Assembly (NCBI GenBank): GCA_963734385.1
Contig: CAVTHR010000006.1
Coordinates: forward strand, 47,910 to 111,909
DNA: 64,000 bases
Origin: an uncultured Actinomycetota bacterium
GTDB taxonomy: Bacteria; Actinomycetota; Actinomycetes; Mycobacteriales; Mycobacteriaceae
Direction: 5' to 3'
Within the stretch, counting starts at the first letter, position 1. Each line of letters starts with the position of its first letter. Below are positions 20,239 to 32,425 of the stretch, piece by piece. Made by a program: the position numbers and the translations under genes. Under the pieces are notes generated by a model, which saw only the letters and a program-made list of their open reading frames with translations, was not told where the DNA came from and searched no databases.

Positions 20239-21884
20239 ATCGCGGGGCCCAGCAGATCGTCGGCGTCCTTGATCACGTAGCCGTAGCCCTGCTCGGCAAG
20301 GAACCGCTGACGGTGCGCGGCATACTCCGCGTCCAGGCTGTCGCGCGACACCACCGAATAGAAGATGGCGCCGCCACCGTCGGCCTTCGGCCGCAGCAGC
20401 CTGCCCAGCCGCTGCGCCTCTTCCTGGCGCGACCCGAATGTCCCCGAAACCTGCACCGCCACATTGGCTTCCGGCAGGTCGATGGAGAAGTTGGCGACCT
20501 TTGACACGACCAACGTGGGTATCTCGCCGCGGCGGAACTCATCGAACAGGGCCTCGCGCTCCGCGGTCTTGGTCGACCCCTGGATGACGGGGGCGTTCAG
20601 CTCGACGCCCAGTTCGTCGAGCTGGTCGAGATATGCGCCGATCACAAGCGTCTGGTCGCCGGGATGGCGCTCCAGAATCGATTTCACCACCGCGATTTTC
20701 GAGTGCACCGTCGAGCACAGCTTGTAGCGTTCGTCGGGTTCGGCGACCGCGTAGAGCATCCGCTCGTTGTCGGTCATCGTGACCCGCACCTCGATGCACT
20801 CCGCCGGTGCGATCCAGCCCTGCGCCTCGATGTCCTTCCACGGCGCGTCATACCGCTTCGGCCCGATGAGCGAGAACACGTCGCCTTCGCGGCCGTCCTC
20901 GCGGATCAGGGTGGCGGTCAACCCCAGACGCCGACGGGACTGCAGGTCGGCGGTCATCCGGAACACGGGGGCAGGCAGCAGGTGGACTTCGTCGTAGATG
21001 ATCAGCCCCCAGTCGCGGCTGTCGAACAGCTCGAGGTGCCTGTACTCGCCCTTGGTGCGCCGCGTGATCACCTGATACGTCGCAATGGTGACGGGTCGGA
21101 TCTCCTTCTTCTCGCCGGAGTACTCGCCGATCTCTTCCTCCGTCAGCGACGTGCGGTTGATCAGCTCGCGCTTCCATTGCCTGCCCGCGACGGTGTTGGT
21201 GACCAGGATCAGCGTCGTCGCGCCCGCCTTGGCCATCGCCGCCGCACCGACCAGGGTTTTGCCCGCGCCGCACGGCAGCACGACCACTCCGGAGCCGCCC
21301 TCCCAGAACGAGTCGGTGGCCATCTCCTGGTAGTCGCGCAGGTGCCAGTTGTCCTGGCGCAGGCTGATCGGATGCTTCTCGCCGTCGACATAGCCGGCCA
21401 GATCTTCTGCGGGCCAACCGATTTTGAGCAGCATCTGCTTGACCCGGCCGCGCTCGCTGTTGTGCACGACGACGGTGTCGTCGTCGAGGCGGGCACCCAG
21501 CATCGGCGCGATTTTCTTGTGCCGCAGCACCTCCTCGAGCACCGCGCGGTCGAGGCTCACCAGTGTGAGGCCGTGCACCGGGCTCTTCACCAGCTGGAGC
21601 CGGCCGTAGCGGGCCATGGTGTCGACGATGTCGACAAGCAGCGGCTGCGGCACCGCGTAGCGGGAGAACGACACCAGCGCGTCGACGACCTGTTCGGCGT
21701 CGTGGCCCGCGGCGCGCGCGTTCCACAGCGCCAGCGGGGTGATCCGGTAGGTGTGTACGTGCTCGGGCGCACGCTCCAGCTCGGCGAACGGAGCGATCGC
21801 GGCGCGGGCGGCGCCGGCTTGCTCATGGTCGACTTCGAGCAGCACCGTTTTATCGGACTGCACGATCAGGGGGCCGTCGGTCAT
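20235..21884 (-). CDS. ercc3: DNA repair helicase XPB (Rv0861c-like)
   Basis: MTDGPLIVQSDKT, LRDYQ, LPCGAGKT, DEVH, GLTAT, QRLGRLLR. Confidence 0.95.
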   Translation of the reverse strand: MTDGPLIVQSDKTVLLEVDHEQAGAARAAIAPFAELERAPEHVHTYRITPLALWNARAAGHDAEQVVDALVSFSRYAVPQPLLVDIVDTMARYGRLQLVKSPVHGLTLVSLDRAVLEEVLRHKKIAPMLGARLDDDTVVVHNSERGRVKQMLLKIGWPAEDLAGYVDGEKHPISLRQDNWHLRDYQEMATDSFWEGGSGVVVLPCGAGKTLVGAAAMAKAGATTLILVTNTVAGRQWKRELINRTSLTEEEIGEYSGEKKEIRPVTIATYQVITRRTKGEYRHLELFDSRDWGLIIYDEVHLLPAPVFRMTADLQSRRRLGLTATLIREDGREGDVFSLIGPKRYDAPWKDIEAQGWIAPAECIEVRVTMTDNERMLYAVAEPDERYKLCSTVHSKIAVVKSILERHPGDQTLVIGAYLDQLDELGVELNAPVIQGSTKTAEREALFDEFRRGEIPTLVVSKVANFSIDLPEANVAVQVSGTFGSRQEEAQRLGRLLRPKADGGGAIFYSVVSRDSLDAEYAAHRQRFLAEQGYGYVIKDADDLLGPAI

Positions 21885-21952
21885 TCTCGATCGCACTCGC
21901 TCCGGTCCTCGCTCGTGCCTCGCTCGATTATCCCTCGTGGTCGTCTTGGGCG
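21885..21952 (-). repeat. MIRU-like interspersed repeat, short form
   Basis: CGCCCAAGACGACCACGAG..AGCGAGGCACGAGCGAGGACCGG..CGAGTG..TCGAG abutting the XPB ATG; homologous to 38664-38774. Confidence 0.75.
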
Positions 21953-21974
21953 GTCGCACCGGACGGGCGCCGTT

Positions 21975-23423
21975 TCAGTGGGAGGCCAGCGGCAGCGTCG
22001 ACGGGCTCACCGGCGCTGTTGCCCCTGGTAGCGGTATCCGCGGTACACCGGGCGTTCCGATCTGACCAGCCAGCCACGGCAGCGACGCGGTGAACACGTC
22101 GGCGGCGAGCGGCCAGTCGTGGCGGCCCGGCTGCGCGACGACGGCACACGCGATGCCGTTGGCTCGGCCGAGCGTGCACAGTGAGTTGGCGGCATCGGTC
22201 TGGTCGTTGGGCATCCCCGCGGCGTCCTGACCGCCGAGACCGGTGCCACTCGGGTTTCCGAAGCCGCCCTTGTGCTGTGTCGGGGCATCCGAGGAGATCG
22301 CGAACCAGCCCGAGACGCCTCGGTACGGCCCGTGGTCGGTCATCACCGTGGTCGGGTCGTAGTGGGCCCATGCGTTGGCGTCGCCCCCGAAGATCCGGTC
22401 GATCGTCTGCTCCTTGGTCCCCGCGTTGGGGCCGTTGTCGCCGGCGATATCGACGAAGGCGCTGAACAACTCGGGATGCATCACGGTCAGATCGACTGCA
22501 CACGTGCCACCCATCGACCAACCGACGACGCCCCAGTTGGCGCTTTGGACGCCGAAAGTGGTTGACACATAGGGAGGTACGTCTTTGGTGAGGTGGTCGG
22601 CCACATTGCCGCGGGGCCCGTTTACGCATTCGGTGTCGTTGTTGAACGAGCCACCCACGTCGACGAAGACGAACACCGGCGCATTCCCGCCGTGCGCGGC
22701 GGCGAACTCGTCGATGGGGGTGATCGCGTCGCCGGTGCGCGGCCAGTCTGACGGGGTGTTGAACTCGCCGGCGATCATCATGACCACGGGCAGCTTCGGG
22801 GCGTTCGCGGCGAACCACACAGGTGGCAGGTACACCAGCTCGGTGCGGTGTTTGAAGCCTGACCCGGCGTCGGGAATGGTCACCGGCACCAGCGCCCCGT
22901 GCGGGGGAGCGCCCTTGCCGCGCATCGCCATGACGGTGTTGAGGTCGGTCTCGTCGGGTAGTGGCCCGGCGGTCACCTCGTTCCACGCCGCCTGGACGGT
23001 CCGGAAGTAGCCGACCCACAGGTTCAGCGACACACCCGCACTCAGCAGGCACAGGAGCACCGCCACTAGAGACACCGAGCGTCGCCACCACTGGTTGCCG
23101 CGCCAGCCGAGCACCGCGACGGCCAACGCCATCCCCGTCAACCCCACCCAGATCCACAGCGACGACGGCGCGGGATCGCCTGCAAGTCCCTCGGAATCCA
23201 TGTACCAGTGCGCCACGGCCGCCAGGATCATGCCGACGACGATCGCCACCGGCAGCCAGACCAGACGCCACCGCCGGGACCGCCAGCCGATGGCCGCCAC
23301 CAGCGCCACGGCGGCCACCACCCAAATCGTCGTCGGCAACCATCCATGCAGCAGCGACAACCCACCGCGGTAGCCGCCAGGCGCTTGAGCAGCCGCACTT
23401 AACGCTGTTGTCACGAGAGACAT
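21975..23423 (-). CDS. Membrane-anchored alpha/beta hydrolase (putative esterase, Rv1639c-like)
   Basis: About 4 N-terminal TM helices; VYLPP, GWSMGG, PGRHDW. Confidence 0.85.
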   Translation of the reverse strand: MSLVTTALSAAAQAPGGYRGGLSLLHGWLPTTIWVVAAVALVAAIGWRSRRWRLVWLPVAIVVGMILAAVAHWYMDSEGLAGDPAPSSLWIWVGLTGMALAVAVLGWRGNQWWRRSVSLVAVLLCLLSAGVSLNLWVGYFRTVQAAWNEVTAGPLPDETDLNTVMAMRGKGAPPHGALVPVTIPDAGSGFKHRTELVYLPPVWFAANAPKLPVVMMIAGEFNTPSDWPRTGDAITPIDEFAAAHGGNAPVFVFVDVGGSFNNDTECVNGPRGNVADHLTKDVPPYVSTTFGVQSANWGVVGWSMGGTCAVDLTVMHPELFSAFVDIAGDNGPNAGTKEQTIDRIFGGDANAWAHYDPTTVMTDHGPYRGVSGWFAISSDAPTQHKGGFGNPSGTGLGGQDAAGMPNDQTDAANSLCTLGRANGIACAVVAQPGRHDWPLAADVFTASLPWLAGQIGTPGVPRIPLPGATAPVSPSTLPLASH

Positions 23424-23463
23424 GTTCACCAACGGTCCTGTGAGCCGACTGTGCTGCGTTAAG

Positions 23464-25718
23464 TTATTCGGCCTCGTCGGCCGCCACCACCGACGTGACG
23501 CGATGGATGGCGAAGTCGCGGACCCGCCCGTCGCCGGGTCGTAGGCGGTCAGCTGGCCGCCGCGGACGGTCACCGGCGCGACGACGCGCTGGGTCGCCAC
23601 CCCCGCCGGATCGACGTATCCGATCACCACCGAGTTCTGCATCCGGGCCGCTTCCTGCAGCTGCGACATGGCCACCGCCGGGTCGATGCGCATGTTGGCG
23701 AACGGCGTCGCAGCCACCTTGCGCAGCACCGCCACGATCGCGCCAAGCGTCTGACCCGTCGGGGCCGTCAGTGGCCGGCCGACTCGGCGATGAGCCGGGG
23801 CGGGCACCCGCGCGCCGCGGGCCCGGAGGTCGACGATCGCGCCGGTGGAGTCCTCGGCGGCGGGGGCGAAGCCGGCGGTGCGCAGCGCCGCCAGCACCTC
23901 CGAGATGGGCGCCTGCGACACCGCGACGGTCGGCGCGAGGATCCGCATCTCGAGCTGACCGGTGGCGGGCGCCCCGACGGCCTGGGCCAGCAGCGCGGGA
24001 TCCTCACACCGGACGAACGACGCGGCCATCCCCACCCGCAGCTGTCCGTGCCTTCGGGCCACGTCATCGATGAGATACGTCAGGCCTTGCGGCACAGGTG
24101 TTTTGGAATGCCGCTCGAACAACGCATGCAGCTCGCCCGCGGTGCGCCCGGTGTCCAGCGCACGGCGAATCGACGGCTCGCTGATCCGGTACACCATCGC
24201 CGCACCCGCCGACTCCACGGTGGCGACCGACGCCAACTGCTCGGCTAAGTCGCGTTCCAGCGGTCCAGGCACGATCACCGTCAGGTCGGCCTGCAGCAGG
24301 AAGTGGTCGATGGGCTTGGGCAGCACCTTGGTCATCGCGTCGACGGCGTCCTCGGCGCCGGCCAGCAATTTACGACCCGGTCCGGTGATCGCACCGCGGC
24401 CGACGATGCCGAGCGCGTGCGCCTCGGTCAACAGGTCGCCGACCGGCTGGGGTTGCAGCCGCACCGCCCAGCGGGGGCGACGCCAGATCATCGCCCGCGA
24501 CGCCTCAGTGGCATCGACACCCGCGCCGACGGGAAGGTCGGCGAGCACACCCAACAACAATCTGCGGTCCAGCGGGGCGGCCGTGGAGTACAGCGAATCA
24601 GAAAGGGCCGCATAGGGTTTCCCGTCAGGACCGCGGCCACCGATCAGTCCCGGTCTGCCGGGTAGGTCGAGCCAGGTGGACGCAAGCAGTTGCCATCGTG
24701 CCGCGACAGGAGACTCGATGAACCGGTCGGCCGCCACCGTCGGTGCCCAGTACGGGCCGGAGCCGCCGCCCAGCGGTTCGTGGTCGGGTAGGCCCGCGGC
24801 GATCAGTCCGGCCGCCGCGGCAACCTCGAGGATCAGTCCAAGCCGCGGTTCGTCGACGCCGGTAACCTTGGTCAGACGCTTCACGTCGCGCACGCCGAGG
24901 CCACCGCTCCGAAGCTCGGGAACCGGTGCAGCGCCGAGGGTTTCGAGCACCAACTCGACTTCACGCAGCAGGTCGATGACCGCGCCCGCTGCGACGGCGT
25001 CGATGTCGGCGGCCGTCGTCGTCGACACCACGGGATCGGGTTGGGTCAACCCGACCGGCCCTGGTAGCTCACCGCGCAGCAGCTGTCCGACCATCCGCGG
25101 CAGGATCACCGTTTCGGCGTCGACCTGTCGGAGCAGACCGGCGGCCAGCAGCCGCTGCACCGGCCGATCCGGCGGGGTGCCTGGCGCCGCGTCGCGGGTC
25201 CTGCCCATCGGCGAACCCTCCATCAGGCGCCGCAGCAGGTCCCGTTGCGGATCGTCGATGGCCTCCAGTCGACCGGCTATCTCCGCAGCGGTGTGCTCAG
25301 CCGCCTCGAGCACGGCCTGGCCGGGATACCAGGGCAGGCCCGACGCTGCCTCGGCGGCCACCCGGACTGCGGAGTCGCCCCAGACGAGCGCTCGCACAAG
25401 CAGGTCGTCGAGCGCCGCGGTGACGGCCTCCTCACTGGCGCGGTCGCCGATCAGCGCCGTCAGCTTTGTCAGTTCCACGGGAGTTGTCTCGGCGTGCAGG
25501 GCGAGCAGCGCATCGAGCACCGCGAGCCGCAGAAAGTCCAGCTCGTCGGTGGCGGCCTTGACGGACTGCCGGGCCTGCGCGCGGGCCGCAAGCGCAGCGA
25601 CGCTGCCGGGCGGAGGCTGGGTCAGGTCGGGCCGCAGCTCCAGCAGCCGGATCAGCCGCTCGTCAGGCAAGTCGGCCAGCCAGGCGCCCAGCGGGGTGCC
25701 CGGAATGTGTTCGGTCAT
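23464..25718 (-). CDS. XPB-associated helicase-C3/WYL-like domain protein (Rv0862c-like); indel near 23530
   Basis: [39 protein letters not shown]; true end [24 protein letters not shown](23464). Confidence 0.9.
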
Positions 25719-25784
25719 TGCTGACCAGCGTAAAGCAGCCCGCCGGTCTCGCCAGCGGTCGCGGCGCCTGCCACAATATGGGGC

Positions 25785-25976
25785 GTGGCAGAGAAGAAGC
25801 GGAAAAAGCAGTACGTCGACCCAGGTTGGCCTGCAACGGACGGCGAGGACGATCATCCGATCAGCGAGCTGGCCGCGGACCGTACCGGCGCGCTGTCGCC
25901 CTTCGGCGAACTGGCGTTCCCGCTGCCGTCCGAGGACCTGCCATATACCCACCCGGTCACCGTCGTCAACAAGTAA
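25785..25976 (+). CDS. Small conserved hypothetical protein (Rv0863-like)
   Basis: [29 protein letters not shown]; first gene of the moa operon. Confidence 0.75.
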   Translation: MAEKKRKKQYVDPGWPATDGEDDHPISELAADRTGALSPFGELAFPLPSEDLPYTHPVTVVNK

Positions 25977-25978
25977 CG

Positions 25979-26464
25979 GTGGCCGAACCGCACGGGGACC
26001 GGCTCTCGCACCTGGATGAAGCGGGCGCGGCGCACATGGTCGACGTGACCGGTAAGGACGCCACCAAACGCACCGCCGTCGCCGCGGGCACGCTGCGGAC
26101 GCGAGCCGACGTCGTCGAACTCATCGCAACCGGCGGGCTGCCCAAGGGCGACGCGCTGGCGACCGCCAGGGTGGCGGGCATCTTGGCGGCCAAACACACC
26201 AGCGACCTGATTCCCCTGTGTCATCAGCTCGCGCTGACCGGTGTCGACGTCGAGTTCGAAGTCGGTCAGGCAGACGTAGTCATCACCGCGACAGTGCGCA
26301 GCACCGACCGCACCGGGGTCGAGATGGAAGCGCTGACGGCGGTCAGCGTTGCGGCGCTGACGCTTTACGACATGCTCAAGGCGGTCGACCCGGCGGCGCG
26401 CATCGACGACATCCGGGTGCTCCGCAAAGAGGGTGGCAAGACTGGCATCTGGGAGCGGACGTGA
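25979..26464 (+). CDS. moaC: Cyclic pyranopterin monophosphate synthase accessory protein
   Basis: [40 protein letters not shown]. Confidence 0.95.
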   Translation: MAEPHGDRLSHLDEAGAAHMVDVTGKDATKRTAVAAGTLRTRADVVELIATGGLPKGDALATARVAGILAAKHTSDLIPLCHQLALTGVDVEFEVGQADVVITATVRSTDRTGVEMEALTAVSVAALTLYDMLKAVDPAARIDDIRVLRKEGGKTGIWERT

Positions 26465-26936
26465 CGAGGTCGGCGTTGGTGATCATCACATCGACCCGCG
26501 CGGCCGCAGGCGTGTACGAGGACCGTACGGGACCCGTGATCGTCGACTGGCTGGCGCAGCGGGGGTACGCGGTGCCGCCACCGATCGTGGTGCCCGACGG
26601 CGGCTCGGTTCCCCAGGCGCTCTTCGCCGCGCTGGGCCAGCGGCCGCACCTGATCGTGACGTCGGGCGGCACCGGCATCTCGCCGACCGATGGCACCGCC
26701 GATGCGACCGCGAACATCGTCGACTACCAGATCCCCGGCCTTGCCGATGCCATCCGGCGCGCAGGCCTGCCGCATGTGCCGACGTCGGTGCTGTCGCGCG
26801 GGGTGTGCGGTGTCAGGGACGGCACGTTGATCGTGAACCTGCCCGGCTCGACCGGAGGCGTAAAGGACGGTCTCGGTGTGCTCGAGGACGTCCTCGAGCA
26901 CGCACTGGATCAGCTCGCAGGCAAGGACCACACCAA

Positions 26937-26940
<4 letters not shown>
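26461..26940 (+). CDS. mog: Molybdopterin adenylyltransferase MogA/MoaB family
   Basis: [25 protein letters not shown]. Confidence 0.9.
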
Positions 26941-28679
<1,739 letters not shown>

Positions 28680-28684
28680 CTAAT

Positions 28685-28875
28685 GCGCCCGCGAGGTCAG
28701 CTGTCGGGTTCGGGCTGGAGAGGTTGCCCGGCCGGCCGTCGGTGAGAACGGGTTCGGCTTCACCCCAAGGAGCCGCAAGCGACTCCAGGTCCTGCTATCT
28801 CGGTGGACCGGTGGGTCCCCCGCCTCCATCCAAGTTGTTTGGCGTATCCCTGCCCGACGGATGGAGCTCGGCGCT
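28685..28875 (-). ncRNA. c-di-AMP (ydaO/yuaA) riboswitch in the rpfA leader
   Basis: Minus strand reads GCGCCGAG..GGCGGGGGACC..TTGGGGTGAA..GGGC..CCCGAACCCGACAGCTGACCTCGCGGGCGC; typical position upstream of actinobacterial rpfA. Confidence 0.9.
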
Positions 28876-29082
28876 ATCGGACAGAAAGGGCTAGTCGATT
28901 AGGGTCAACTGGCTTGCGGAAGAACCTAACGGGTCCCAGCGTTGTAGTCATCTTTTGCCCAACGCGGCGTTTCGTGGGTCGGCAAATCCTAATAGCGTTC
29001 TAAATCCGCAGGAATTTTCGGCGTTTCCGCTGGTGCATACGGGGCTCCACCAGTCTGTAGCCAGCTTGTGACCAATTCGTTA

Positions 29083-29098
29083 TGTGATGTAAATCACG
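29083..29098. promoter_or_regulatory. CRP-binding site upstream of rpfA
   Basis: TGTGA-tgtaaa-TCACG. Confidence 0.75.
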
Positions 29099-29099
29099 C

Positions 29100-29378
29100 T
29101 TACCCCCCGGCAAAGGGCGGGAGCACATCGATTGTTTGGCCGTCGGCGAGGTTTAACCCCTCGTCGCGTACGGCGAATCCGTCACACAGGAACGAGCACC
29201 GGCGCAGCACCCGGGCAAGCTCTGGGCCCCGGGCGGCGAGGGTGTCGACGAGTGCTGCCATGGTCGTGCCGGGCGCAACCCGCACTATCTCGGTCTCCGC
29301 GTTCGCCGCAGCGCGCGCCGCGGCGAAGTAACGGACGGTGAGCTGCACCGTCACCGTCGACGTGGTCTCCAATGTCAT
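29100..29378 (-). CDS. moaD: Molybdopterin synthase sulfur carrier
   Basis: VRYFAAAR; C-terminal DVLPPFAGG. Confidence 0.93.
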   Translation of the reverse strand: MTLETTSTVTVQLTVRYFAAARAAANAETEIVRVAPGTTMAALVDTLAARGPELARVLRRCSFLCDGFAVRDEGLNLADGQTIDVLPPFAGG

Positions 29379-30436
29379 CCGCCGATCGCGCTCATCGGCC
29401 GGTCCGGCTGCACGAAGTCCGGGTCATTGATGCCGTGGCCCGCCGGCTTGGCCCACATCGCGGAGCGCCACGCAGCCTCGACGGTGTCGTCGTCGGCGCC
29501 TGCGCGCATCAGGCCGCGCAGGTCGGTCTCCTCGCGGGAGAACAGGCAGCTGCGGACCTGGCCGTCGGCGGTCAGCCGGGTGCGGTCGCAGGCCGAGCAG
29601 AACGCGTGCGACACCGACGCGATGATGCCGACGGTCGCGGGGCCGCCATCGACCAGCCACAACTGCGCCGGTGCGGATCCGCGGGGCGCCGGGTCCGGCG
29701 TCAGCGCGAAGTGACGTCGCAGCCCGGCCAGAACGTCGTCGGCGCCCAGCGTCGTGCCGCGCGACCACTCGTGACCCGCGTCCAGCGGCATCTGTTCGAT
29801 GATGCGCAGCTGGTAGTCGTGGTCGATGCAGAACCGCAGCAGCGACACTGCGTCCTCCAGGCCGGTCATCGGGTCAAGCACCGCGTTCACCTTGACTGGC
29901 CTCAGGCCGGCCCGGTGTGCCCCGGTAAGACCCGCCAGCACGTCGGAGAGCCGGTTGCGGCGGGTGATGTGGGTGAAGCGCTCGGCGTCGACGGTGTCGA
30001 GCGACACATTGATCCGATCCAGCCCGGCCCGCTTCAATCCTGCGGCGCGGCGGTCCAGCCCGATTCCGTTGGTGGTCAAGGCGATTTCAGGGCGCGGCCG
30101 CAGCGCGGCGGTCGCGGCAACGACCTCTTCGAGCTGCTTCGAAACCAGCGGTTCGCCGCCGGTGAAGCGGACGCGGGTGATGCCGAGCCGGGTTACCGCG
30201 ATGCGCAGCAGCCGGGTCAGCTCGCCGAAGTCCAGCAGCTGCCCACCCGGCATCCAGTCCAGGCCTTCGGCGGGCATGCAGTACGTGCAGCGGAGGTTGC
30301 AGCGATCGGTCAGAGACACCCGCAGATCGGTGGCGGCGCGGCCGTAGGTGTCGACCAGGGGACCGTCCGTCGGTGCCCCCTCGATGGGCTCGATGGGGCG
30401 GTATACCGACGGCACACCCAACGACGTGACGGTCAT
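29375..30436 (-). CDS. moaA: GTP 3',8-cyclase (radical SAM)
   Basis: LRVSLTDRCNLRCTYCMP, FCSACDRTRLTADG, MSAIGG. Confidence 0.95.
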   Translation of the reverse strand: MTVTSLGVPSVYRPIEPIEGAPTDGPLVDTYGRAATDLRVSLTDRCNLRCTYCMPAEGLDWMPGGQLLDFGELTRLLRIAVTRLGITRVRFTGGEPLVSKQLEEVVAATAALRPRPEIALTTNGIGLDRRAAGLKRAGLDRINVSLDTVDAERFTHITRRNRLSDVLAGLTGAHRAGLRPVKVNAVLDPMTGLEDAVSLLRFCIDHDYQLRIIEQMPLDAGHEWSRGTTLGADDVLAGLRRHFALTPDPAPRGSAPAQLWLVDGGPATVGIIASVSHAFCSACDRTRLTADGQVRSCLFSREETDLRGLMRAGADDDTVEAAWRSAMWAKPAGHGINDPDFVQPDRPMSAIGG

Positions 30437-30826
30437 GCGGGGACCTTGAGCGAGTCGACGGGGACGATCTCCTTGCCGAGCGGCACCAGTGAGACCGGGA
30501 TGAGCTTGAGGTTGGCCAGCGCCAGGGGGATGCCGATGATGGTGAGGGCCATCGCCACCGCGGTGATCACGTGCGCCGAGCGCCAGCCACAGCCCGAACA
30601 GGACGACCCAGATGACGTTGCCGATCAGCGCGCCTGGCCGCGGTCCGGGTTTCTCGATGATGGTGCGGCCGAACGGCCACAACGCGTAGGACGCGATCCG
30701 CAATGCCGCGAACCCGAACGGGATCGTGATGATCAAGACGAAGCAGATGAGCGCCGCCAGCAGGTAGCCAAGCGCCAGCCACAGGCCGCCAAACACCAGC
30801 CAAATTACGTTCAGGATCAGGCGCAT
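30433..30826 (-). CDS. YccF domain membrane protein (Rv0870c-like); indel near 30570
   Basis: NVIWLVFGG..ITIPFG..LWPFG followed by a second NVIW repeat; true end IVPVDSLKVPA-TGA. Confidence 0.88.
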
Positions 30827-30968
30827 CTCTTCCTCCAGCAGTCTTTCAGCCTACCGATAAACAGGGGTGCTGGTCCGAGGGCGGTCCGAGTAGGATCACC
30901 ACATCGCGTCCCTGCGGAGAAAGGCGGGACGCTTTCCTTATGTTTCTAGAGACGAGCGGGTGAGACGA

Positions 30969-31379
30969 GTGCCGACCGGCCGGGTTAAGTGGTACGACGC
31001 CGAGAAGGGCTTCGGCTTTTTGTCGCAGGAGGAGGGCGAGGACGTCTATGTGCGTTCGTCGGCCCTGCCGGCCGGAGTCGAGGGCCTGAAGGCAGGCCAG
31101 CGGGTCGAATTCGGCATGGCCGCGGGACGTCGTGGGCCGCAGGCGTTGAGCCTGAAGATCCTCGACTCGCCGCCGAGCCTGACCCGCACACGTCGCGAGG
31201 CCGCCGCGGCCGAGCACAAGCACACCCCCGACGAGCTGCACGGCATGGTCGAGGACATGATCACGCTGCTGGAGAGCGCGGTGCAGCCCGAGCTGCGCAA
31301 GGGCAAATATCCCGACCGCAAGGTCGCGCGTCGAGTGTCCGAAGTGGTCCGGGCCGTCGCGAGCGAGCTGGACGCCTAG
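30969..31379 (+). CDS. cspB: Cold-shock domain protein with C-terminal extension (Rv0871-like)
   Basis: [23 protein letters not shown]. Confidence 0.92.
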   Translation: MPTGRVKWYDAEKGFGFLSQEEGEDVYVRSSALPAGVEGLKAGQRVEFGMAAGRRGPQALSLKILDSPPSLTRTRREAAAAEHKHTPDELHGMVEDMITLLESAVQPELRKGKYPDRKVARRVSEVVRAVASELDA

Positions 31380-31417
31380 CCTGCTCACTACCGTTCGGCA
31401 GGGGGCATGCTTGAGGC

Positions 31418-32425
31418 ATGGCTGCATATGTCGCCGGCGGCGGCGAGTTCAACCGCGATACCGACTACATCACCACCCGCATCACCGAAGACGGCGCCGA
31501 CGGCTATCCCGTCGAACCCGGCCGCTACCGGCTGATCGTCGCGCGGGCATGCCCGTGGGCCAACCGCGCGATCATCGTCCGCAGGCTGCTGGGCCTGGAA
31601 GACGTGCTGTCCATCGGCTTCTGCGGGCCGACCCACGACGAACGCAGCTGGACCTTTGACCTCGACCCCGGCGGCGTCGACCCGGTGCTGAAGATCCCGC
31701 GGCTGCAGGACGCCTACTTCGCGCGCGTCCCGAACTACCCGAAGGGCATCACGGTGCCCGCCATCGTCGACGTGCCGACCGGCGAGGTCGTCACCAATGA
31801 CTTCGCCCAGATGACACTGGACCTGTCCACCGAGTGGACCGCATACCACCGCGACGGCGCTCCCGAGTTGTATCCCGTGCCGCTGCGCGACGAGATCGAC
31901 GAAGTCGCCAAGCGCATCTACACCGAGGTCAACAACGGCGTGTACCGCTGCGGCTTCGCAGGCTCACAAGATGCTTACGACAAGGGCTATGACCGGTTGT
32001 TCACCGCGCTGGACTGGCTCAGCGAGCGCCTGGAGCATCAGCGGTATCTGGTCGGCGACACCATCACCGAGGCCGACGTCCGGCTGTTCACCACGCTGGC
32101 CCGCTTCGACCCCGTCTATCACGGCCACTTCAAGTGCAACCGGTCCAAGCTCGACGAGATGCCGGTGTTGTGGGCCTATGCCCGCGACCTGTTCCAGACA
32201 CCGGGCTTCGGCGACACCATCGACTTCGTGCAGATCAAGCAGCACTACTACATCGTGCACACCGACATCAACCCGACGCGCATCGTGCCGAAGGGGCCGG
32301 AGCTATCCAACTGGCTGACCCCGCACGGCCGGGAGGCTTTGGGCGGCAAGCCGTTTGGCGAAGGCACGCCGCCTGGGCCGACGCGGGAATCCGAGCGGGT
32401 ACCCGCAGGGCACTCCGCCGGTTAG
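31418..32425 (+). CDS. Glutathionyl-hydroquinone reductase-like GST (YqjG/Xi class)
   Basis: ACPWA, TVPA, NNGVYRCGFA, RFDPVYHGHFKCN, HYY, INP. Confidence 0.9.
   Translation: MAAYVAGGGEFNRDTDYITTRITEDGADGYPVEPGRYRLIVARACPWANRAIIVRRLLGLEDVLSIGFCGPTHDERSWTFDLDPGGVDPVLKIPRLQDAYFARVPNYPKGITVPAIVDVPTGEVVTNDFAQMTLDLSTEWTAYHRDGAPELYPVPLRDEIDEVAKRIYTEVNNGVYRCGFAGSQDAYDKGYDRLFTALDWLSERLEHQRYLVGDTITEADVRLFTTLARFDPVYHGHFKCNRSKLDEMPVLWAYARDLFQTPGFGDTIDFVQIKQHYYIVHTDINPTRIVPKGPELSNWLTPHGREALGGKPFGEGTPPGPTRESERVPAGHSAG

Noticed and set aside
21975-25952. 1325-aa helicase-associated/esterase fusion
   Set aside because: Indel near 23530; the conserved C-terminus FAIHRVTSV and its TAA at 23464 are present in another frame
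29375-30826. YccF-MoaA fusion
   Set aside because: Indel near 30570; YccF's own TGA overlaps the moaA ATG
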